The notes under the pieces: model-generated
Told to the model about the DNA's origin: nothing
Database searches by the model: none
Seen by the model: the letters and a program-made list of their open reading frames with translations, nothing else
DNA from: a virus
Direction: 5' to 3' (one strand)
Virus record (IMG/VR): IMGVR_UViG_3300037584_002838
Span: 29,781 to 93,780 of that record
DNA length: 64,000 nucleotides
Shown: positions 1 through 9,283 of the stretch, piece by piece
Layout of the letters: the number at the start of each line of letters is the position of its first letter
Position numbering within the stretch: the first letter of the stretch is position 1
Position numbers and translations under genes: made by a program

Positions 1-778
1 TGTGAAGTCCTAAACAAATCTCCTTTACATTACGACCTTCATAAATTAAATTATGAAGTTGGTTAAGAGATTCATTTGGTTTTTTATCTAGTATTAGCAT
101 TAGTATTTTATTATATTCTTGTAGTGACGATTCTATTTGTTTTGATAGTGAATACCCCGATGATTTAGCGGCCTGTATTTCCGTAATCGCTCTACGCATA
201 TCACCGTCTAATGAATATATAAGCCGAGTCAAGTCCTCATCACTGAAAACTTCAACCTTTTCATTATGAAGTATTTCCTTGATTACATCTAAGATAACTT
301 CATTTGAAAGTGGCTTGAAATGATAGTTAGCACACCGGCTTTGTAGTGGATGGATAATCTTACTCTTATCATTACAAGTAATGATAAATCGTATATTGCT
401 TGAATATCTTTCCATAATTCTTTTCAGTGCGTTCTGTGCATCCTTCGTCATACCATCCATTTCATCTAACAGACATATTCTAAACGGTACATCTCCTATC
501 GTGCCGCTTTGTGCTACGGTTTTAATTGTAGTTCGTATCACTTCTAATCGTCTATCATCAGAAGCATTTACTTCTACAAAATTATCCTTAGCACCTTCAC
601 CAAGAATACTTCTTGCTAACGCTAAACCTGCGCCTGTTTTACCTGTACCGGCATTACCATAAAGCAATACATTAGGCATATTTTTTTCTTCTACCCAAAC
701 TTCCGCATCCATTACAAAGGCTTCTTGCCCCTTAATATCCCGCAGTGTTTTAGGTCTATATTTTTCAGTCCATAACAT
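1..778 (-). CDS. rfcS: Replication factor C small subunit (clamp loader); runs off the left edge of the window
   Basis: Manual translation from ATG at 778: MLWTEKYRPKTLRDIKGQ...LLYGNAGTGKT (Walker A)...EVNASDDR...LLDEMDGM (Walker B)...AQNALKRIME...LQSRC (SRC motif). Not in the ORF track because it is truncated. Confidence 0.95.
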   Translation of the reverse strand, partial: MLWTEKYRPKTLRDIKGQEAFVMDAEVWVEEKNMPNVLLYGNAGTGKTGAGLALARSILGEGAKDNFVEVNASDDRRLEVIRTTIKTVAQSGTIGDVPFRICLLDEMDGMTKDAQNALKRIMERYSSNIRFIITCNDKSKIIHPLQSRCANYHFKPLSNEVILDVIKEILHNEKVEVFSDEDLTRLIYSLDGDMRRAITEIQAAKSSGYSLSKQIESSLQEYNKILMLILDKKPNESLNQLHNLIYEGRNVKEICLGLH

Positions 779-1052
779 TTCCATTTCTCCTTATTTTTCT
801 ATTTTTATTTGCACGAATCTTTCTATCTTCGGTATTCCATGCAGTAATTATATCAAAAAATTGTTGATATAATTCAGCATCTATTAGATTTTGCATTATG
901 ATAAATCTTGATTCAGATATATCATTCTCCCAGAACTTCATTGACATGAAGTTTTTTGTTCTTGTTGTAGACATGCAAATATCTTTCGTTTTTGCCAATT
1001 CAATATCAAACAACTCTATTAACATTCTTTGTGTATCAATCATAATAATCAC
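765..1052 (-). CDS. Hypothetical protein
   Basis: Coupled ORF within the minus-strand operon. Confidence 0.6.
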   Translation of the reverse strand: MIIMIDTQRMLIELFDIELAKTKDICMSTTRTKNFMSMKFWENDISESRFIIMQNLIDAELYQQFFDIITAWNTEDRKIRANKNRKIRRNGNVMD

Positions 1053-1890
1053 TCAACATATTTATTTTTACTTTAATCGGTTCTGTTTTCTTTCTACGCT
1101 TCTTTTCGCCTAACATTAAAATCCTACAATCAGAATTATTGTATTTGGTTTTGGCGTATTTTACAAACTTATCATCTTGCTTTAACTGAAGGAAGATTCT
1201 TTTGTCTGCGTTTCTAATACCTATTCTTCTAAGAAGGCTCGGTATTTTAGAATAAGAACCACGCTTCGGCATATTTACTCTACCACGAACATTACCGCTA
1301 TGACAATACGCAAGTAATTCATAGAAGTAATCTTGACTCCATCTTCGCTTAACAACGCCATCAATAAATAGAATCTTATTCGGGTGAATGTTTTCAGCAA
1401 TCCATGAGAGTATTTGTGTATCTGATGGTTTGTTATGCTTCAATAATTCAGAAACTAATTCTCTATCAGTTTCCTTTAGGAACATACTAACTAATGAATA
1501 GGTATCTTTGTCTAAGGAAAATGGTTCAGCACTATGCGGTGCTATTTCCCTAATAGACTCAAAGAGATAGTTATGAGAACCGGCTCTTTTAATCTGACAC
1601 ATATTCTTGATTTGCTTAGGAACATCTTTCTCATTCAAAGAAGTAAGAATGATGTCACCCTTGTATCTTCTGATAACATTCAAAATAGAATCTGTCTTTG
1701 CTTTATACTGAACATCTTCTATTATGATACCATCCTCTTTGGGATGAGAACCTAAATCCTGTATGTTCATTTCATCAGCATACACTACCAAAGCATTAGG
1801 TAATATTTCTTTTGCCTTTGTTGTTTTTCCGGTTCCTGTTTTTCCTGTTATTAGTATTGGTCTTTTTTTATTCAAATTAGTCATTCCCAT
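1036..1890 (-). CDS. AAA+ ATPase, RFC large-subunit-like (shortened)
   Basis: Walker A GKTGTGKTT, Walker B-like IIIEDV, WIAEN helix typical of RFC-L collar; next to rfcS. Confidence 0.7.
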   Translation of the reverse strand: MGMTNLNKKRPILITGKTGTGKTTKAKEILPNALVVYADEMNIQDLGSHPKEDGIIIEDVQYKAKTDSILNVIRRYKGDIILTSLNEKDVPKQIKNMCQIKRAGSHNYLFESIREIAPHSAEPFSLDKDTYSLVSMFLKETDRELVSELLKHNKPSDTQILSWIAENIHPNKILFIDGVVKRRWSQDYFYELLAYCHSGNVRGRVNMPKRGSYSKIPSLLRRIGIRNADKRIFLQLKQDDKFVKYAKTKYNNSDCRILMLGEKKRRKKTEPIKVKINMLSDYYD

Positions 1891-2294
1891 TATATCAATC
1901 CCTTGATTGCAAAAAGATGCTCTAACCCCTCCAAAGTTAGATGCTCTCCATTTGAAACTATATCTATGGCATCTCTAAACTCCGGCCATAGGTTGTTTCT
2001 ATCCCAAACGCCTATATCAATAAGGCCATTTAGTTTGTAAATATTTTTAATTCCACCAATTCTAAGAATCGGTTTTGGTCTTGCCTTTGATTCTTCTAAA
2101 GCAAGTGAAGAAGTTATTTCGTGCTGAAGTAGGCTTCTTTTAATTGCTTTGAGAAACTTTTCTCTTCCTCGGATAATAACCTTCAATCTAACTCTATATC
2201 CTATGTTAGAATTATCATCTCTAATGATTTGTATTTCGGGTCTTGCTGAAGCAAGAAGAATACCTACGAGCATATCTTTACTATACATATTCAT
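1890..2294 (-). CDS. Degenerate single-motif LAGLIDADG endonuclease-like protein
   Basis: MLVGILLASA helix, GYRVRLKVII strand, C-terminal HLTLEGLEHL typical of I-CreI-like HEGs; catalytic acidic residue absent. Confidence 0.6.
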   Translation of the reverse strand: MNMYSKDMLVGILLASARPEIQIIRDDNSNIGYRVRLKVIIRGREKFLKAIKRSLLQHEITSSLALEESKARPKPILRIGGIKNIYKLNGLIDIGVWDRNNLWPEFRDAIDIVSNGEHLTLEGLEHLFAIKGLI

Positions 2295-2646
2295 CCCTCA
2301 CTACTCCACCAACAAACTTGTGTTTTAGTTTCAAATAGTCTAAACCTTCTGAAACTGTTTCAACAATCAAATCATGTAGGTTTGTATTATCTCCACGAAA
2401 AACAAGATTAACCTGTATTCCCCTAAATATACCTAAAGCATTTGCTAATTCTTCAGTGACTTTCTCTTCGATAAATAACATATTTGCATCTTCGCCTCTA
2501 TGCAACAATCTTAGAGATAGACCCTGTTGAATCATAACTAAATCAGTATCTTCAATAGGGCCATATACAATGAAAGAATACGATGTCACTTCTCCATAAT
2601 CTCTAATCCATTCTTGAACATGAGAATCTTGAAGCAACACAATCAC
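2281..2646 (-). CDS. Hypothetical protein
   Basis: Coupled ORF with GGTGA RBS. Confidence 0.7.
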   Translation of the reverse strand: MIVLLQDSHVQEWIRDYGEVTSYSFIVYGPIEDTDLVMIQQGLSLRLLHRGEDANMLFIEEKVTEELANALGIFRGIQVNLVFRGDNTNLHDLIVETVSEGLDYLKLKHKFVGGVVRDEYV

Positions 2647-3089
2647 CTTTCCTTAACATAGTCCTCTTGCATCGGCCACAAACCGTTAGGGTCTTGTTGT
2701 TGTCCCAACTGCCACCAATACAAATGTTGCGCTGAAATCTTCTTGTGATTGCGTTCTTTTGCATTCTCTTCAGCCCATGCGACCATATCAGAAATAGACG
2801 ATTCAATCCATTCATGCAACAGTGCCGAGAAGGTTCTACTTACCGGCATATCGGTTGTTGCTCTAACCAATTTATTCAGATGTATTCTTGAATAATTTTG
2901 TTTTATCTTTGGTTGTTCGGGAACATGAAAAACTCCTTCATCATCAAAGTAAGGCACTAACGCTAACTTGACTTTTTTAGGTCTACCTTGTTCATGTAAT
3001 ACATTTTTCAAATAAGCATATCCATCCTTAATATCAACACAAGTATATGTTTGATAATCCATTACTGTTAATGCACCCTTTTTAATCAA
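2643..3089 (-). CDS. Histone-fold protein with N-terminal extension
   Basis: C-terminal RIHLNKLVRATTDMPVSRTFSALLHEWIESSISDMVAWAEENAKERNHKKISAQHL fits the a1-L1-a2-L2-a3 histone-fold pattern (VS..., A...AK...RKT/KKI...DL). Confidence 0.6.
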   Translation of the reverse strand: MIKKGALTVMDYQTYTCVDIKDGYAYLKNVLHEQGRPKKVKLALVPYFDDEGVFHVPEQPKIKQNYSRIHLNKLVRATTDMPVSRTFSALLHEWIESSISDMVAWAEENAKERNHKKISAQHLYWWQLGQQQDPNGLWPMQEDYVKER

Positions 3090-3535
3090 GATTCATCACC
3101 TGTAATATCCCAATTATCTAATAGGCATTGTTTCAACAACTGAAGAATCACACTTTTTTCAGCACCATTCTCTAATTGAAGAATAGCCATATTGATAACT
3201 AACTGATGCCGAGTAACCTTTTCGTATTGTTTTGTTATATCATCTAACTTTTTGAAATGATTCTTTACATTTTCATCTACAACCAAGTTTAACTCTTTGG
3301 CAATTTTCTTCATTATTTCAAGTCGGCGCATTTCAGCATACTTTGGTATAGTCCTCGCCTCTATGTTGTAGAGTTGATGATACAATGCTCTCATTTTAGA
3401 AATACTAATTCTGCCTCTTTTCTTATACTCGCCTATCAGTTTTGCAGTTTGCTTTTTATTCAAGTCTTTAATCTTGAAAACATTACCTTTTGAATCTTCA
3501 ATATATCCTAATTCTGGTTTTCCGTGTTCTTCCAT
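3086..3535 (-). CDS. Hypothetical protein
   Basis: Coupled ORF. Confidence 0.7.
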   Translation of the reverse strand: MEEHGKPELGYIEDSKGNVFKIKDLNKKQTAKLIGEYKKRGRISISKMRALYHQLYNIEARTIPKYAEMRRLEIMKKIAKELNLVVDENVKNHFKKLDDITKQYEKVTRHQLVINMAILQLENGAEKSVILQLLKQCLLDNWDITGDES

Positions 3536-5073
3536 TATATCATCTCCATTACATCTTCTAATGTATTTATATCTGCTACAAACTTATCATCACGAATGCG
3601 AACAAGTCTTGGGAATCTTAATCCCCAATTGCCTTGTGCATCTTGTGTAATTAAATCAGCAGTTACTTCTAAAACCACTCTTGGTAGAAAATAGAATACT
3701 CCATCTTTGTGACTATCAACTTGCCTTCTCAATTCATTAGTTAATCTAACTAATTGTGAATCACTAAAGCCACTGCCGATAGAACCTAAATTAACATAGC
3801 CTCTATCTTCAGTCCTTACTCCTATTCCGTAAGAACCGAATACATTTGCTCTTTTGCCTTCTCCATATTTAGCATTCAGAATAACTACATCTAAGTTTAT
3901 TCTTGGTGGCTTATACTTAGCCCAACCAAGACTTCTCTTACCTGCTTCATAAGGTAAAGAAGCATCCTTAACTATAATACCCTCAAAGCCATCATTGATT
4001 GCTCTATTGTAAAACGCTAAGGTATCTCCACCTTCAGCCATTCTATGTGCTTGGTCGGGAAATGTCTTGATTGCTATTACTCTATCAGAATAAGGTAAAT
4101 CCATAATAGTGTCTTTACCATACTTTAGACAATCAAATATAACCCATTTGACCTTTACTTTCTCCCTTGCTTCTTCATGGTTTTTAGAGTGTACTCTTGT
4201 CGCCATTAGTTTATGTTCAGCAGGGGAACCATCTTCATTGATAGGATATATTTCTCCATCAAGAATACAAGTGTGAACATCATATTTTCTAACCTGCTCT
4301 ACTACATCTTGAAACTGCGGAGTAACTATCTTACCTTTACGATTGAAGATAATTACATTATCGCCTTCTTTGTGAATCTGATACCTATTACCATCATACT
4401 TGTAATCTACAATTCTATTTGTAGGCCATTTATTCATAGGTACTTCTTTCGCTAACATAGGCGCAACAAACGAACCATGTTCAAGATTCATTGGTGGTTC
4501 TGAATTAGTTTCATAATACATAGATACATTAGAAATAGAATTAAAGTTGCAATGCTTTTTTACATCTGCTAACTTTTTGTCATATGCCTTTGCTAATATC
4601 TTCTTTACCACACCTTCGTTAATTCCATTTCTAGGTGTTCTCAACCAATATCGAATAAACCACTTACATTCTAAAGCACCCATATTGAGAAAAGCATGTC
4701 TAATGATGTTAAATGAATTAGAGTCAATCCCACTGCAATCCATAGAAAGTAGCCCTAAGACGCTTTGCAATGTAATTTCTTCTTTATTCTCTGCGGAGGA
4801 ATCTAAATAATAAACGGCTTCTCCTAAATCATCATGTGCTGAACAAGCCATATCTAACTCATCATCATGGATATTATAGATATGACTAATCCATTTCTTA
4901 GCCTTCGCTAATCCTATATTGTTTGACGGAAACTCTTGTGATAAGATAGCAAATAGGCTACGCTTATCTTGAAAGTGTGTCAGTTCCGTTGTAATTCTCG
5001 CTACTTGTTGTGTTGGTGTTAGTCCGTCTGTGGACTCCAATAATCTTGCTAAACTCTTCATTGTCATTTTCAA
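3535..5073 (-). CDS. lig: ATP-dependent DNA ligase
   Basis: Motif I KYDGNR, III LDGEI, IIIa IFDCL, IV EGIIVK, V WAKYK, VI LRFPR..RIRDDK; N-terminal DNA-binding domain. Confidence 0.97.
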   Translation of the reverse strand: MKMTMKSLARLLESTDGLTPTQQVARITTELTHFQDKRSLFAILSQEFPSNNIGLAKAKKWISHIYNIHDDELDMACSAHDDLGEAVYYLDSSAENKEEITLQSVLGLLSMDCSGIDSNSFNIIRHAFLNMGALECKWFIRYWLRTPRNGINEGVVKKILAKAYDKKLADVKKHCNFNSISNVSMYYETNSEPPMNLEHGSFVAPMLAKEVPMNKWPTNRIVDYKYDGNRYQIHKEGDNVIIFNRKGKIVTPQFQDVVEQVRKYDVHTCILDGEIYPINEDGSPAEHKLMATRVHSKNHEEAREKVKVKWVIFDCLKYGKDTIMDLPYSDRVIAIKTFPDQAHRMAEGGDTLAFYNRAINDGFEGIIVKDASLPYEAGKRSLGWAKYKPPRINLDVVILNAKYGEGKRANVFGSYGIGVRTEDRGYVNLGSIGSGFSDSQLVRLTNELRRQVDSHKDGVFYFLPRVVLEVTADLITQDAQGNWGLRFPRLVRIRDDKFVADINTLEDVMEMI

Positions 5074-5200
5074 TCATCTCCATATTCATATTACATTTAA
5101 TTACTAATTCTTTAATTAGAAGGCTCATTTTACCGCCTTCTAAATTGACCGCATGTTTCCATAAATGGTTTGCGAGTCTATTCCATTCACTCTTCTTCAT
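4964..5200 (-). CDS. Hypothetical protein (3' end overlaps the ligase start)
   Basis: ORF coupled to upstream gene. Confidence 0.45.
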   Translation of the reverse strand: MKKSEWNRLANHLWKHAVNLEGGKMSLLIKELVIKCNMNMEMIENDNEEFSKIIGVHRRTNTNTTSSENYNGTDTLSR

Positions 5201-5555
5201 CGGGTACTGCCCCCTGTTCTATACTATTCATTAACCTAACAAAGTTAATCATCATAGTTTGAATCAAAGCCGCTTCTTCATCTTTATTCTGTTCCATCAA
5301 ACGATGTAACATATGAATCATAGAAGCCTGTGTAATGGCTGGTGCCATTCTTGCCAAGTTATCACTTTGATACATTTCCCAATACATCACAAATGATGCT
5401 CTTGGTAGAAACATACCGTTTCGCACTACTGCGAAGTTTTGTTCAAAATGGTCTAAAGCATTTGGATTTTTCTTAATCTTCTTCTTCATTCCTTTAGCCC
5501 ATTCAACAAATCTTTTGTCATTCGTTATATCCAAAAATATCTTATTCAAATTCAT
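5187..5555 (-). CDS. Hypothetical protein
   Basis: Coupled ORF (ATGA overlap). Confidence 0.7.
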   Translation of the reverse strand: MNLNKIFLDITNDKRFVEWAKGMKKKIKKNPNALDHFEQNFAVVRNGMFLPRASFVMYWEMYQSDNLARMAPAITQASMIHMLHRLMEQNKDEEAALIQTMMINFVRLMNSIEQGAVPDEEE

Positions 5556-5821
5556 TCTTCTTCGCCTCCATTTAATTCTAACATAGCAGTTAATATCACA
5601 TTCTGAAACTTATTCCAACATACATCAATATGTTCTTTTGTCACTCTTGAACCTCTACCATGTCTTGCAGGTACTTTCATATTCAACTCAACAAAAGAAG
5701 CCCATAAGTCTATTAATTCAGATGTCCTCTTACGATGCCTTCCTAAAGAACCCATTTCATACTGCCGCCATTCATTCGCCTTTCTTACGCTCTTTTTCAT
5801 TTGTACTTCGCTTATTCTCAT
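5552..5821 (-). CDS. Hypothetical protein
   Basis: Coupled ORF. Confidence 0.7.
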   Translation of the reverse strand: MRISEVQMKKSVRKANEWRQYEMGSLGRHRKRTSELIDLWASFVELNMKVPARHGRGSRVTKEHIDVCWNKFQNVILTAMLELNGGEEE

Positions 5822-6012
5822 TCTAATTCCCTCTTTAATATATTCATAAGGTTCCTCGCTTCTTCTATATTCAAACGAATACCTTTTGTTGGTTTGTCAT
5901 TCTTATGCCATCTAATATCAATGACTTCTATATTCCAATAGGTTCCTCTTTTGATTAGAACCTCATCAGTAGTATTTCTAACAATGCGTCCTTTTATTTC
6001 AAAATCACTCAC
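5818..6012 (-). CDS. PC4/YdbC-family ssDNA-binding protein
   Basis: IDIRWH..KPTKGIRLNIEE matches the PC4 signature DIR.W....PTKKGI.L. Confidence 0.8.
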   Translation of the reverse strand: MSDFEIKGRIVRNTTDEVLIKRGTYWNIEVIDIRWHKNDKPTKGIRLNIEEARNLMNILKRELE

Positions 6013-6406
6013 TGAACCATCCCTCCTTAAACTTAGTTAATTCTTTTCTTGAAGTAAAGTATCTTGGAGTGTCTAATTCATCTAAACGATTCACTACCCA
6101 ACAAGCACCACCTAAAGATGATACTTGCACTATTTCATATTGGCCTCCATTTACTTCGATTACTTCAATAGTATTTACTTCTGGTACTAAGCCGTATGTC
6201 TTAGTCACTTCATTAGCAACATCATGTATGTTCTCTACAACATACTTGATAATGTGCGCTCTTTGAATAGGTATCTTAGGTGCCACTTGGATAGATAATT
6301 TACCCGTCATTTTACAGACATGACACTTGTTTCCTTCACAAATAGGGCATTTAACTTCTGCCGCATGTGGGGCAGGTAAAGTCACAGTTACGGCTCTTTT
6401 CTTCAT
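6005..6406 (-). CDS. Zinc-finger protein (DnaJ-type CxxC/CxxCxxTG)
   Basis: CPICEGNKCHVCKMTG. Confidence 0.7.
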   Translation of the reverse strand: MKKRAVTVTLPAPHAAEVKCPICEGNKCHVCKMTGKLSIQVAPKIPIQRAHIIKYVVENIHDVANEVTKTYGLVPEVNTIEVIEVNGGQYEIVQVSSLGGACWVVNRLDELDTPRYFTSRKELTKFKEGWFSE

Positions 6407-6519
6407 TACTTCTCTCTCCTTTGTACTGCTAAGGTTCCGTCATCATTCTTAGTTAGAATTGTCATAGAACCATCTTCATAAACAATAGTCATTCTTACAA
6501 TAGTCTTGTCGTCAAACAT
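6406..6519 (-). CDS. 37-aa small protein
   Basis: Manual translation MFDDKTIVRMTIVYEDGSMTILTKNDDGTLAVQRREK; fills the gap with coupled start and stop. Confidence 0.6.
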   Translation of the reverse strand: MFDDKTIVRMTIVYEDGSMTILTKNDDGTLAVQRREK

Positions 6520-6521
6520 AT

Positions 6522-8042
6522 TCATTCCTCTCTCAAAACTGCTACCTCAGTAGTTAGGAAAAGTTTTGCTATTGACATAGCCGCAAGGAAACTATTCCTA
6601 GTTACCTTTACAGGGTCTACAATACCCAATTCAAACATATCTCCTACTTCACCGGTCATGGCATTAAGGGATTCATTCTCCTTTAGGATTCTGCACACAA
6701 TTTCTCCATCAACGCTACTATTTTCACATAGAGTTGCAAATGGAGAAAACAGTGATTCATAAACAATATGCTGTCCTTTCTTTGCCACATCTAAATAGTT
6801 CCTAGCATTAATAAGTGACTTACCACCACCAATAACAATACCTTCATCAAGTGCCGCTTTGGTAGCGTTAAGGGCATCATCAAGTCTTTCTTTGGTTTCA
6901 CGCATTTCCATCTCTGAAGATGCACCAACTTGAATAGTAGCAATACCACCATTCAATCTTGCAATACGCTTTTTGTATCGCATCTTGTCAAACTTGTCAT
7001 CTGATGATTCGTACAACTCTTTCAATGAAAATACTTTATGTTGTTTAGAATCTGAATCATCATTACCTCCACCAATAATAACTGTATTATCTTTAGAAAT
7101 AATTACCTTATCAGCAGTACCTAACTCATCTAATGTGGTCATTGATGGGTCGTCTTTGCTTTCCTCATTAAACATCTTTCCACCACAAACAGTTACAATG
7201 TCGTCTAACTCATCTAATTGAGCATCACCGAAGTTTGGTGCTTTTACTACTGCTACTTCAATTGTCTTTTGAAGTACATTCATAATCACATTACTTAATG
7301 CAGTACCTTCCATACCACGACAAATGATTACTAATGGCTTCTTATTCTTAGCACACAATTCTAGCAACGGCAGTATGTCTTGGAAATGTCTAATGTTTAG
7401 ATTAGATGAAAAGATAACGGGATTATCAAATGTTACTTTACCATCATCTCCATTACACATCATATGGCTTAGATAGCCTTCATCAAACTCCAAACCGCTT
7501 CTTGTAACTATTTGGGTTTTATGAGTTTTAGACTCTTCAACAGTAATGATACCATCACGCCCTACTGCACTTATAGCCTCTTGAATCAGAGAACCTAACT
7601 CATTATCATTATTAGCCGCAATAGTGGCAACATTCAGAATATCATCATCAAGAATAGGAGTCGCATTATCTATTAGATAAGAAGCAATAATTTCCTGTGC
7701 CTCTTCTAATTCATTCTGAAGGACTCTGATATTGTAATTCTCTTGTTTCTGAATATTTTCAACAAGTGCTTGAGCAATAATACAAGCAGTTGTTGTACCA
7801 TCACCGGAATTATCTTGTGCCTTACTTGCTAAGTTTTGAACCATCTGTACTCCCATCTGAACATATGGGTCATTACTTGATACATACTTAGTGATAGTAA
7901 CACCATCGTTAATTACAACAGGCGGATTACCTTGCAGAATTACCGTCTTTGCCTGTGGCCCTAATGTGGGCTTAACAGTATTTGCTACTAAATCAATTCC
8001 TTCTTTCAATTTCTGTTTTACTTCTTCTCCATTAATTATCAT
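6522..8042 (-). CDS. groEL: Group I chaperonin GroEL-like
   Basis: TLGP, NDGVTI, GDGTTTA, KAPNFGD, ERLDDALNATKAA, GIVDP motifs. Confidence 0.95.
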   Translation of the reverse strand: MIINGEEVKQKLKEGIDLVANTVKPTLGPQAKTVILQGNPPVVINDGVTITKYVSSNDPYVQMGVQMVQNLASKAQDNSGDGTTTACIIAQALVENIQKQENYNIRVLQNELEEAQEIIASYLIDNATPILDDDILNVATIAANNDNELGSLIQEAISAVGRDGIITVEESKTHKTQIVTRSGLEFDEGYLSHMMCNGDDGKVTFDNPVIFSSNLNIRHFQDILPLLELCAKNKKPLVIICRGMEGTALSNVIMNVLQKTIEVAVVKAPNFGDAQLDELDDIVTVCGGKMFNEESKDDPSMTTLDELGTADKVIISKDNTVIIGGGNDDSDSKQHKVFSLKELYESSDDKFDKMRYKKRIARLNGGIATIQVGASSEMEMRETKERLDDALNATKAALDEGIVIGGGKSLINARNYLDVAKKGQHIVYESLFSPFATLCENSSVDGEIVCRILKENESLNAMTGEVGDMFELGIVDPVKVTRNSFLAAMSIAKLFLTTEVAVLREE

Positions 8043-8257
8043 TTTACCACCGCCAAAATAAACTCATAAGGAATAAAGAGTAATTCATTTCTTTTAGTAT
8101 ATTCCCTCTTATCATTAAAGGCAACCACTTTACCATTCAGTGACTTGTCACATTGGCAATCAATCACTCTACCTTCGTTGGTGGCCTTAGTTAAGATACC
8201 GCTTTCGCTCTTTCTTTCTTCTATTTTCACAATTACATATTCTCCTACTGCTCTCAT
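8039..8257 (-). CDS. groES: Co-chaperonin GroES-like
   Basis: MRAVGEYVIVK...SESGIL mobile loop, C-terminal ILAVV; immediately upstream of groEL. Confidence 0.8.
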   Translation of the reverse strand: MRAVGEYVIVKIEERKSESGILTKATNEGRVIDCQCDKSLNGKVVAFNDKREYTKRNELLFIPYEFILAVVK

Positions 8258-8520
8258 TTTTTCACCTCAAACTTATTTTGTCTTGCTATTTGACAGCAAA
8301 CTCTAATTTTATCTGTTGAATGTAAAGTCCAAAATTCATTATCTTCCCAACCGAATTTTACTTCGATATATCTACATAACTCCTTTCTTGACATATTCTC
8401 AAAATCATCATCAATTTCTATTCCGAGAATAGGGCCACCTTCATTCTTTAGGAATGAATCGAGAATAACATAAACTCGACCCATACCGTTAATTGTTTTT
8501 CTAAGTAACCATTGAATCAT
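8254..8520 (-). CDS. Hypothetical protein
   Basis: Coupled ORF. Confidence 0.7.
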   Translation of the reverse strand: MIQWLLRKTINGMGRVYVILDSFLKNEGGPILGIEIDDDFENMSRKELCRYIEVKFGWEDNEFWTLHSTDKIRVCCQIARQNKFEVKK

Positions 8521-8795
8521 TCTTCCTCACCGTTGATATTAACCCATCCTTTATTCATATCTGTATCAATGAAAGTCCAAATATGGTTCTTATGAAACTC
8601 CATCAGGTCATTGTAGGAATTGCCTTTCTTACCATTAAACACACCTCTAACTTTAGATTCATTCTTATCTCTAGGATGCCTTTGCGAATGAAGTTTTCTT
8701 CTCATCCGTAAAGGCATTCTTTCAGAATCATTTAATGCCCTGTCATGGTATTTTCTCATAGTGCTTTGACCTGTCTTTATTCTTCTAATTCTCAT
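8517..8795 (-). CDS. Basic hypothetical protein
   Basis: Coupled ORF. Confidence 0.65.
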   Translation of the reverse strand: MRIRRIKTGQSTMRKYHDRALNDSERMPLRMRRKLHSQRHPRDKNESKVRGVFNGKKGNSYNDLMEFHKNHIWTFIDTDMNKGWVNINGEEE

Positions 8796-9283
8796 TCTTC
8801 TTCACTACTCCATGTTTGCAATCTATTAAATTCATAATTTTGGAATATATGCAAACTTCTAGGATTACCATTATGCCATGTACCATAATGACCTCTGCCA
8901 CCCAATACTACTGCATTCTGCATTAGCGGTTCCCAAATGGAAACTGTACTAATATCTGTACCGCTAAAATAAGCAGAACCGAATGGATGAGTATGAATCC
9001 AACATACAATAGGCAACTTCATACCAACAGGGTCTACCTTAAAATCAACATAACCTGCGGTTCCCGATGAAATATGTAAATTATCTTTAGCATCAATTAC
9101 TACTTGCACTTCAAGCCCATTTAAGACTTCAGTAGATGCAAACCAAATAGAATCCCAAAAACTCTTACAAGAGTAATCACCATCGTATGCTTCAGTTATA
9201 ATCTTATTAACCAAATCATCTTGCCATGTCTTTTTCCATATTGCTAATTCTTCTACTGCTTCTGTCCAATCAAAATCGCTCAT
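8792..9283 (-). CDS. JAB/MPN+ (JAMM) metalloprotease
   Basis: Upstream Glu (LEVQV) plus WIHTHPFGSAYFSGTD = HxH-x7-SxxD. Confidence 0.9.
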   Translation of the reverse strand: MSDFDWTEAVEELAIWKKTWQDDLVNKIITEAYDGDYSCKSFWDSIWFASTEVLNGLEVQVVIDAKDNLHISSGTAGYVDFKVDPVGMKLPIVCWIHTHPFGSAYFSGTDISTVSIWEPLMQNAVVLGGRGHYGTWHNGNPRSLHIFQNYEFNRLQTWSSEEE

